The position numbers and the translations under genes are program-made. The notes under the pieces were generated by a model that did no database searches, was not told the origin of the DNA, and saw only the letters and a program-made list of their open reading frames with translations. From Candidatus Saccharimonadota bacterium (GTDB lineage: Bacteria > Pseudomonadota > Gammaproteobacteria > Enterobacterales > Enterobacteriaceae): a DNA stretch of 32,000 nucleotides. The stretch spans positions 270,001 to 302,000 of the forward strand of contig CP001817.1 of NCBI GenBank assembly GCA_000217635.1. Direction: 5' to 3'. Shown here piece after piece: positions 1 through 7,836 of this stretch (the first letter of the stretch is position 1; the number at the start of each line of letters is the position of its first letter).

Positions 1-821
1 GACTAAACCATAAAAAAATAAAACCGACTTATAAACTTAAGAAAAATGATATTATTACTGTATTTGCTATTAACGTTGCTTTAATTAAAAAAAAGATACT
101 TAAATTAAAACAATCAACTATTAATTTTTTTTTAAAACATATTATATATGAAGATGATCACTTATTAATTATTAATAAACCAACCGGCATTTCAGTTCAT
201 AGTGGAAGCGGAATTAACTTTGGAATTATAGAAATATTTCGAGAAATACGTCCAGATATTTTTTTTTTAGAACTAGTACATCGTCTAGATAAAGATACGT
301 CCGGAGTGTTAATGTTAGCAAAAAAAAAATCAATATTAAAAAAACTACATCAACAATTACGCGATAAAGAAATTTATAAAGAATACAAAGCTATAGTATA
401 TGGACATTGGCCAAAAAATAATATAGTGGATTTACCATTATTAAGAATTAAAAATTTAAATAATAAAAATAAAGTTTGTATACATAATAATGGAAAATCT
501 TCACAAACAAATTTTATAGTACAAAAATATTATCCAAATACTACTTTATTATCAGTTATACCTATTACTGGTCGAACACATCAAATTCGTGTTCATGCTT
601 CTTATTCTGGACATCCAATTTTATTTGATAATAGATATGGTACAAAAGAAATAAAGAAAACAGAAAAAATTTATAAAAAAAATAATATGAGATTATTGTT
701 ACATGCTCAAACTGTAATTTTTATACACCCAAAAAATCAAAAAAAGATTTGTATATACGCGCCTTTATGTAAAAATTTTAAAAAATATGTACATTTTTTT
801 TCAAAAAATATACATAATTAA
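1..821 (+). CDS. rluC: 23S rRNA pseudouridine synthase RluC, 5' end cut by the window edge
   Basis: Frame 3 is open from nt 3. The translation ...IIYEDDHLLIINKPTGISVHSGSG...LVHRLDKDTSGVLMLAKKK...ITGRTHQIRVH... carries RluA-family motifs (HRLD, GRTHQIRVH) and is colinear with E. coli RluC as recalled. The GTG at 306 in the ORF track is internal. Stop is TAA at 819-821. Confidence 0.9.
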   Translation, partial: LNHKKIKPTYKLKKNDIITVFAINVALIKKKILKLKQSTINFFLKHIIYEDDHLLIINKPTGISVHSGSGINFGIIEIFREIRPDIFFLELVHRLDKDTSGVLMLAKKKSILKKLHQQLRDKEIYKEYKAIVYGHWPKNNIVDLPLLRIKNLNNKNKVCIHNNGKSSQTNFIVQKYYPNTTLLSVIPITGRTHQIRVHASYSGHPILFDNRYGTKEIKKTEKIYKKNNMRLLLHAQTVIFIHPKNQKKICIYAPLCKNFKKYVHFFSKNIHN

Positions 822-912
822 AATACTTCTAAGTTATCTTTTTTAAAAGATAAAAAATAAATAAAAAAATAAAAAAATTATTTTTTAAATTTAAATATAA
901 TAGGAAAATATT

Positions 913-1083
913 ATGGCAGTTCAAAAAAGCAAACCAAGTAGATCAAAAAGGGGAATGAGACGCTCCCATGATCATATAAATCTCAAAGAATTATCAAAAG
1001 ATAAAATATCTGGAGAATTACATATCCGTCATCACATTACTAAAAAGGGATTTTATAAAGGAAAAAACAAGAAAACTTTATAA
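913..1083 (+). CDS. rpmF: 50S ribosomal protein L32
   Basis: Absent from the ORF track because it is under 60 aa. ATG at 913, TAA at 1081-1083, 56 aa: [56 protein letters not shown]. The N-terminus is nearly identical to E. coli L32 ([20 protein letters not shown]). AGGA at 902-905 lies 7 nt upstream. Confidence 0.93.
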   Translation: MAVQKSKPSRSKRGMRRSHDHINLKELSKDKISGELHIRHHITKKGFYKGKNKKTL

Positions 1084-1253
1084 AAAAATGAAATTATTTA
1101 TTGATTTATACATTTATATTTATCTTTAAAAGTCAATATAATAATTAATAATATATTTAATGATAAAAGATATTTTTATAAACAAGCAAATACTATTAAA
1201 ATACATTTTTATTATATATTAACATATAAAAATCTTTCGAAAAAATAAAAAAT

Positions 1254-2195
1254 ATGAAAAAATTTGCAATGATTTTTTCAGGACAGGGGTTGTATAATTT
1301 ACATATATTACAATTATTAATGAAAAAATATTCTTTAATTAAACAAACATTTTATGAAGCATCTGAATTTTTAAAATATGACATACTTAAAAAAATCTTT
1401 AATGTTAATTATCCAAATCAAAAATATCAACTTGACTTTCAATATCTTTTATTAATATCTTCTGTAGCATTATTTCGTTTATGGTTACAAGAATCATTAT
1501 ATATTTATCCTGATATCATAGCTGGACATAGTTTAGGCCAATATTCCGCTTTAATATGTAACAACTCTATAAAATTTATAGATGGATTAAAAATCCTAAA
1601 AATACGTAATCAAATTATACAATCAAATATAAAAAATATATCTTTTTTAACATATGCGATAATTGGATTAAAATTAGAAACAATAAAAAAAATTTGTTTA
1701 TATGTATCTAAAAATCAATCAAAAGTATTTGTTTCATGTATTAATTCAGATATACAAATAGTGATTACCGGACATGATCAAGCTGTATTAAAAGCAAGAA
1801 CTCTATGTAAAAAGTATGGAGCAATATATACGATAAAGCTACCTATCTATATTAGTATGCACTGTAATTTAATGCGAAAAATATCAAAAATTTTTTCGTA
1901 TAATTTAAATGACATAAAAATTTCATTAGGTAAATGTTCTATAATTGAAAATGTTAATGCATCATTTTTATTATCTCGACGAGATATATATTCAGCAATT
2001 ATTAAACAATTCTATCGACCAGTAAAATGGAATAAAATAATTAAAAAAATTAAATCAAATAATATTCAATATTGTATAGAAATAAACTTAAAAAATTCAT
2101 TAAGAAATATATGTATCTTATCTAAAAATATAAAAATATTATCTATAAACTCACCGAATTCTCTTATATCTACTATAGATATTATTAAAAAATGA
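1254..2195 (+). CDS. fabD: malonyl-CoA:ACP transacylase
   Basis: 313 aa and colinear with E. coli FabD (309 aa). It has FSGQG near the N-terminus, the active-site GHSLGQYSA, and HC..LM. The TGA stop overlaps the fabG ATG (ATGA at 2192-2195). Confidence 0.9.
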   Translation: MKKFAMIFSGQGLYNLHILQLLMKKYSLIKQTFYEASEFLKYDILKKIFNVNYPNQKYQLDFQYLLLISSVALFRLWLQESLYIYPDIIAGHSLGQYSALICNNSIKFIDGLKILKIRNQIIQSNIKNISFLTYAIIGLKLETIKKICLYVSKNQSKVFVSCINSDIQIVITGHDQAVLKARTLCKKYGAIYTIKLPIYISMHCNLMRKISKIFSYNLNDIKISLGKCSIIENVNASFLLSRRDIYSAIIKQFYRPVKWNKIIKKIKSNNIQYCIEINLKNSLRNICILSKNIKILSINSPNSLISTIDIIKK

Positions 2196-2929
2196 ATAAA
2201 AAAAATAACATTGCATTAGTAACAGGAGCTAGTCGAGGAATAGGAAAAAATATCGCACTTGCATTAATAAAATTAGGAATATATGTAATTGGAACAGCAA
2301 AAACTAAAGATGGTACCAACAAAATAAATAAAATGTTTGATGAAAAAAAAGGTATAGGCATTAAAATTGATTTTTTAAATATAAAAAAATACAAAGAAAA
2401 AATTAAAAAAATTATTGCTAAAATAGGTATAATTGATATTTTAATTCATAATGCAGGAATTATACATGATAATTTATTAATTAAAATGAATATAAAAGAA
2501 TGGAATGACGTCATTAATGTCAATTTATCTTCAATATTTTATCTTTCTAAAATTATTGTACCTAATATGTTAAAAAAAAAATTCGGACGTATTATAATAA
2601 TTAATTCAGTAACTGGATATTTAGGGCAAATTGGACAAACAAATTATGCCGCTTCTAAATCAGGATTAATCGGATTTATGAGGTCTCTTGCATTAGAGAT
2701 AGCTTCTCGTAATATTACAGTTAATTTAATAGCTCCTGGATATATTATAACAGATATGACAAAAAAAATTTTATTATCTAAAAAAAGGAAAATAATGAAA
2801 AGAATTCCAACTAAAAATTTTGGTACGCCTTCTGATATTACTCATGCAGTATTGTTTTTAATATCTATTAAGTCATCCTATATAACCGGACAAACAATTC
2901 ATGTAAATGGCGGTATGTATATGCCTTAA
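2192..2929 (+). CDS. fabG: 3-oxoacyl-ACP reductase
   Basis: 245 aa. It has the TGASRGIG cofactor motif, NAG, and the catalytic Ser (NSV), Tyr and Lys (NYAASK), and ends HVNGGMYMP as E. coli FabG ends HVNGGMYMV. An in-frame A10 tract lies at 2572-2581. Confidence 0.94.
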   Translation: MNKKNNIALVTGASRGIGKNIALALIKLGIYVIGTAKTKDGTNKINKMFDEKKGIGIKIDFLNIKKYKEKIKKIIAKIGIIDILIHNAGIIHDNLLIKMNIKEWNDVINVNLSSIFYLSKIIVPNMLKKKFGRIIIINSVTGYLGQIGQTNYAASKSGLIGFMRSLALEIASRNITVNLIAPGYIITDMTKKILLSKKRKIMKRIPTKNFGTPSDITHAVLFLISIKSSYITGQTIHVNGGMYMP

Positions 2930-3004
2930 TAATTGCGCTTCTATTAATTTACAATAAAATAATATTTTTTATAAAATAAAGTTTATTAAAATTGAGATAT
3001 CAAT

Positions 3005-3241
3005 ATGAAAAATATTCAAAATAAAATTATTAGTATTATTGCAAAACAATTTCAAAAAAAAGAAAAAGAAATCTCCTTAAAAGATAGTTTTTTAAATAAT
3101 TTTAAAGCAGATTCATTAGATTTTGTAGAGTTAATAATGTTAATAGAAGACGAGTTTAAAATAGAAGTAATTGATATAGATTTTAATAATATTAAAACAG
3201 TAGAACAATTTATTAATATTATTACTAAACTGATTAAATAA
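3005..3241 (+). CDS. acpP: acyl carrier protein
   Basis: 78 aa with the phosphopantetheine-site motif ADSLDFVEL (E. coli GADSLDTVEL). Its position after fabG matches E. coli. Confidence 0.93.
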   Translation: MKNIQNKIISIIAKQFQKKEKEISLKDSFLNNFKADSLDFVELIMLIEDEFKIEVIDIDFNNIKTVEQFINIITKLIK

Positions 3242-3323
3242 AACTATTATTAATTAATATCTTACGATATTTTATGATACTTAATTAATTTATATTAATT
3301 AATCGAAAATATAAATATAATAA

Positions 3324-3353
3324 ATAACATTAATATTTTTAATGTTATTTTTT
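3324..3353 (+). terminator. putative intrinsic terminator after acpP
   Basis: ATAACATTAA (3324-3333) pairs perfectly with TTAATGTTAT (3339-3348) around the loop TATTT, followed by a T-run at 3349-3353. The stem is almost all A/T, so predicted stability is modest. Confidence 0.4.
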
Positions 3354-3394
3354 CTTTAAATAGTATATATATTATATAGTGTATAAATAAAATA

Positions 3395-4390
3395 ATGAAG
3401 AATTATCCATGGTTATTTTCTCAATATAAAAGTATATTAAAAAAATACATAAAAAATAAACTACATCCAATTATCTTAATAAATTCTCGTAAAGGTTTAG
3501 GAATATTTCAATTAATTAAAAATATTAGTCAATGGTTTTTATGTTTAAATAAAAAAAACTTTGTATACTGTAATATGTGTACATCATGTACATTAATTAA
3601 GAAAAAAAATCATCCTGACTTATATGATAAAAATCATTATAAAATAAAAAATAAAACGATAGGAATTGATTATATTCGTTATATTATAAAAAATATTTAT
3701 AAAACCTCACAACAAGGAGGAGTAAAAATTGTAGTAATTAAAAATCTTCAAAATATTACAAAAGAAGCAAACAATGCTTTATTAAAAACTTTAGAGGAAC
3801 CCCCAAAAGATACTTTTTTTTTGTCCACTAATAATTTAAAAAAAATTAATAATACTACTATAAGTAGATCGACTATTTATTATATTAATATTTATAATAA
3901 AACTAATATCATTTTATCATGGCTACAAAAAAATAAAAAAATTTTTATGAATGATTTAAAAACTGCCCTTTTTATTAATAATTTTTCCCCAATAAGAGCT
4001 AATAATTTTTTAAATAGCTCTCAGATAATTCAAAGAAAAAATTTAATGAATATTATATATACATTTATCATGTATAATAATAATATTGATTTGTTATTTT
4101 CATTATTGTACTATAACAATACACATCTTTTTATTACTTGGATATGCTATCTTCTTTTAGATGTAATAAAATTTAGTATTTTTAAAGAAAAAGATATTTT
4201 ATATAATCTTGATCAGTATCATTTGATTAAAAAATTATCTAAAAAAAGTAGCGTACAATACTCATATAAAATTTTAATTTCTTGGATTAAATGTCAATAT
4301 ATATTGAAAACTATCCCATACATTGATAAAAAATTAATTTTAATTGAACAAACTTTATTTTGGAATAATTTATTGAAAAGCAAAAAATAA
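3395..4390 (+). CDS. holB: DNA polymerase III delta-prime subunit
   Basis: 331 aa. It begins MKNYPWL (E. coli MRWYPWL), then has a Cys cluster C..C..C, HPD, NALLKTLEEPP (identical in E. coli) and an SRS/SRC motif. It is colinear throughout. Confidence 0.86.
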   Translation: MKNYPWLFSQYKSILKKYIKNKLHPIILINSRKGLGIFQLIKNISQWFLCLNKKNFVYCNMCTSCTLIKKKNHPDLYDKNHYKIKNKTIGIDYIRYIIKNIYKTSQQGGVKIVVIKNLQNITKEANNALLKTLEEPPKDTFFLSTNNLKKINNTTISRSTIYYINIYNKTNIILSWLQKNKKIFMNDLKTALFINNFSPIRANNFLNSSQIIQRKNLMNIIYTFIMYNNNIDLLFSLLYYNNTHLFITWICYLLLDVIKFSIFKEKDILYNLDQYHLIKKLSKKSSVQYSYKILISWIKCQYILKTIPYIDKKLILIEQTLFWNNLLKSKK

Positions 4391-4407
4391 ATTATCTATG
4401 GAAAAAA

Positions 4408-5175
4408 ATGTTCTTAATTGATACTCATTGTCATATCCATACATTAAATTATAAAAAATTACATAAAAATATAAAATCTGTATTAAATAACGCATTTAAT
4501 AAAAATGTAAAAATGTTTTTAGCAGTATCCACATCTGTTCAAGATTTTAAGAATCTTAAATATTTTACTAAAGGACAAAAAAATATTTTTTTATCCTGTG
4601 GATTACACCCTATTTATAAACATAAAAAATCAGATATTCTAGATCTAGAAAATCTATCACGTCAACATATAGTTATTGCTATCGGTGAAACAGGATTAGA
4701 TTTTTATCGATCTTTGCAAAAAAAAAGAGAACAAATAAAATTATTTGAAAAACACATTTATATATCAAAAAAATTAAAGAAACCAATTATTATACATAGC
4801 CGTTGTGCGAAAAAAGAAACTATATCAGCTTTATATTCATGCCATATTAAAGAAACTTCTGGTATCTTACATTCATTTAATGAAGATATTGATATGGCAA
4901 GAAAAATCCTAGATTTAGGATTCTATATATCTTTTTCTGGTATTATAACTTTTAAAAATGCAGATTATTTACGAAAAGTACTTAATTTTATTCCTATTAA
5001 CCGTCTTTTAATAGAAACTGATTCTCCATATTTATCCCCAGAGCCTGTACGTAATCAAGAAAACCAACCCTCTTATCTATTTTATATTGCAAAATATATT
5101 TCTAATTATATAAAAATGGATTTTTTAATTTTATTTCTATTTTACAAAAAAATTTTTTTACATTATTTAAATTAA
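4408..5175 (+). CDS. ycfH: TatD-family metal-dependent hydrolase YcfH, with the 3' end apparently frameshifted
   Basis: MFLIDTHCHI... (E. coli MFLVDSHCHL), GETGLDFY, IIHSR, LHSF, ETDSPYL. The last 7 codons of the 0 frame lack homology. The conserved NF..LF ending appears in the adjacent frame, which runs to TAA at 5226-5228 (see findings). Confidence 0.85.
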   Translation: MFLIDTHCHIHTLNYKKLHKNIKSVLNNAFNKNVKMFLAVSTSVQDFKNLKYFTKGQKNIFLSCGLHPIYKHKKSDILDLENLSRQHIVIAIGETGLDFYRSLQKKREQIKLFEKHIYISKKLKKPIIIHSRCAKKETISALYSCHIKETSGILHSFNEDIDMARKILDLGFYISFSGIITFKNADYLRKVLNFIPINRLLIETDSPYLSPEPVRNQENQPSYLFYIAKYISNYIKMDFLILFLFYKKIFLHYLN

Positions 5176-5230
5176 ATAATGATTCTAAAAAAGATTATTT
5201 TAAAAAAAATTATGGAAATTCCTTTTAAAT

Positions 5231-5587
5231 ATGAATAATCACAATAATATTTTTCAAAAAATTATTACTAAAAAAATAAAGGTACCTTTTATATATCAAG
5301 ATCAATATGTTACTGCTTTTAACGATCTATTTCCAAAAGCTCCCATACATATCTTAGTGGTATCAAATACCTTAATTCCGTCTATTGATAATATTAATAA
5401 AAAAAATAAAGAAATATTAATGCATATGTATTATGCCGCTACAAAAATTGCGAGAATTACTAAAATTAATAAAAGTGGATATAGGTTAATAATGAACTGT
5501 AATAAACATGCTGGACAAGAAATTCAACATATACATCTCCATATACTTGGAGGAAAAAATTTAGGTCCAATAGTATCAAACATATAG
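5231..5587 (+). CDS. hinT: HIT-family purine nucleoside phosphoramidase
   Basis: 118 aa. It has the histidine triad HIHLHILGG, YRLIMN, and QDQYVTAFND. It is colinear with E. coli HinT (119 aa). Confidence 0.9.
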   Translation: MNNHNNIFQKIITKKIKVPFIYQDQYVTAFNDLFPKAPIHILVVSNTLIPSIDNINKKNKEILMHMYYAATKIARITKINKSGYRLIMNCNKHAGQEIQHIHLHILGGKNLGPIVSNI

Positions 5588-6060
5588 CAACCCCATATAT
5601 TATTAAAAAATGTAATACTATTAGAAAAAAATAAACTTTATTAAACAAAAAATAATTTTTTAAAAAAAATTTTAAAAAAATTAATTTTAATTTATATATA
5701 GAAAATTTATTTTAATTTTTATTAATATGTTACAAATAATGTTTGTATCTATTTTATCTTTAAAAAAGATATTATTAATAAAATATTAAATATATAAAAA
5801 AATTCTATTTTTTTTAAAAATATAAAAAACAATAAAGATATATATTCTAATTTATAGAAATTATATTTTTTATAAAAATATAAAATATTATTACAATTAA
5901 TATTTTATTAAAAATTTTTTTATACCACTATAAAATACAGTCAATTATGCTATATTTTTATAATATTAAGTAAAGAGACATACCATTTTAAAAAAAATTT
6001 AATTATGTAATGAATTAAAATAATTAAAAATATATATTTTTTGATATTAATATGTTATAA

Positions 6061-6096
6061 ACCGTAATATTTTTAAAATATTGCGGTATTTTTTTT
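6061..6096. terminator. terminator-like hairpin abutting the asnS stop
   Basis: ACCGTAATATTTT and AAAATATTGCGGT (6061-6087) form a stem of about 12 bp with one G-U pair, followed on the plus strand by T8 (6089-6096) and preceded by an A-poor context. On the minus strand, downstream of asnS, the hairpin lacks a good U-tract. Confidence 0.4.
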
Positions 6097-7465
6097 AAAA
6101 ATCAGCGTGTTTTACTGTTCTTGGAAAAGGAATTGCCTCGCGAATATTTTTAAGTCCAGTAATATACATAATTAATCGTTCAAACCCTAAACCAAAACCT
6201 GCATGAGGAACTGTACCATATTTTCTTAAATCTTGATACCATATATAATCTTTTTCATTTAATCCTAATTCATGTATACGTTGAGTTAATACACATAATC
6301 GCTCTTCTCGTTCTGAACCGCCGATAATTTCACCAACATTAGGTAATAATACATCAATAGCAGAGACCGTTTGATTATCCGAATTTATACGCATATAAAA
6401 AGCTTTTAAAGATTTTGGATAATTTTGTATAATAATAGGTGCTTTAAAATATTTTTCAACTAAATATCTTTCTTGTTGAATAGATAAATCATTTCCCCAT
6501 GATATATTTTCTTTTATTTCATATGATTTTTTTAATAAAACATTTATAACATCTGTATAATTAATACGTACAAACGGGATAGAAAGAAAAGAATTTAAAC
6601 GACAAAATATATTTGAATCAATATTTTTTTGTAAAAATACTAAATCTGCACCACACTTATTTAATACTTTATCTACAGTATATTTTAATAATGTCTCAGA
6701 TAATTTAGAAATATTATCAAGATTAGAAAAAGCCGTTTCAACTTCTAACATCCAAAATTCGGATAAATGTCTTTTAGTATTTGAATTTTCTGCGCGAAAA
6801 GTAGGTCCAAAAGAATAAACATTCGACAAAGAACATGCGTATGCTTCTAAAGTTAATTGTCCAGATACAGTTAAAAAAACATTTTTATTAAAAAATTTTT
6901 TTTCTTTAATATTATTTGAATCTAACATAGATACTTTAAACATCGATCCTGCGCCTTCAGTATTTATACTAGTAATAATAGGCGTAGAAATCCAAAAATA
7001 ATTTTTTTTATATAAAAAATTATGTAATGAATGATATATAACATTTCTAATTCTTGTAATGGATCCAAATAAATTTGTTCTAGAACGTAAATGACAAAAA
7101 TTTCTGATATATTCTACTGTATGTTTTTTTGCAGACATAGGATACAATGCAGGATTTTCGATCCATCCTAATATAGTAATATTTTTAGCAAGAATTTCAT
7201 ATTTCTGCAGTTTTCCATGTGAATATTGTAATTTACCCTCTATTTGAACAGAACATCCGATAGTTAATTTTAAAATTTCAGTATTGTAATTATTTAATGA
7301 ATTTTTTACAACTACCTGGATAATGTTAATAGTAGACCCATCATAAATACTTAAAAATGATAATCCTTTTTTTGAATCTCTCCGACTACGTACCCATCCT
7401 TTAATAGTAATATTTTTCAATATATATATTTTTGAAAAAATTTCATATATAGATATTACAAACAT
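6095..7465 (-). CDS. asnS: asparaginyl-tRNA synthetase
   Basis: 456 aa and colinear with E. coli AsnRS. Class II motifs include FRAENSNT.RHL.EFWMLE and GGSEREER, and it ends GFGLGFERL...IPFPRT. The SD AAAGGAGAAAAATT lies immediately upstream of the ATG. Confidence 0.96.
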   Translation of the reverse strand: MFVISIYEIFSKIYILKNITIKGWVRSRRDSKKGLSFLSIYDGSTINIIQVVVKNSLNNYNTEILKLTIGCSVQIEGKLQYSHGKLQKYEILAKNITILGWIENPALYPMSAKKHTVEYIRNFCHLRSRTNLFGSITRIRNVIYHSLHNFLYKKNYFWISTPIITSINTEGAGSMFKVSMLDSNNIKEKKFFNKNVFLTVSGQLTLEAYACSLSNVYSFGPTFRAENSNTKRHLSEFWMLEVETAFSNLDNISKLSETLLKYTVDKVLNKCGADLVFLQKNIDSNIFCRLNSFLSIPFVRINYTDVINVLLKKSYEIKENISWGNDLSIQQERYLVEKYFKAPIIIQNYPKSLKAFYMRINSDNQTVSAIDVLLPNVGEIIGGSEREERLCVLTQRIHELGLNEKDYIWYQDLRKYGTVPHAGFGLGFERLIMYITGLKNIREAIPFPRTVKHADF

Positions 7466-7836
7466 AATTTTTCTCCTTTAAAATATTAATAAAAATTTAT
7501 AAAAAATAATTAATTACATTATATTTTTTATAAATATATTATTTAAAAATAATTTATATTAAAACCTTTAAGTTATAATATAACTATATTTAATATAGTC
7601 AATTTAAAATATATTAATTTCTATAAACAAATATATATAAAATTTATATTTTTATTTTTTTTAAAAAAAATTCTATAAATTTGATAAAAAATATTTTTTG
7701 AAATATTAAAATTATTATATAATAATAAAAATATTTATTATTAAAAAAATTATAAAAATAATTATTAATTAATTTATTAAATACATAAAAATAATAAAAA
7801 ATAAATTTTCTAAAAAAAAATATGGAATAAAAAAAT

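Noticed and set aside
5591-5598. CCCCATAT just after hinT matches the sigma-32 -10 consensus CCCCATNT.
   Set aside because: There is no CTTGAAA-like -35 element at the right spacing. No plus-strand gene lies downstream for 500 bp. The heat-shock-regulated rlmE-ftsH upstream region (30792-31030) shows no such motif either.
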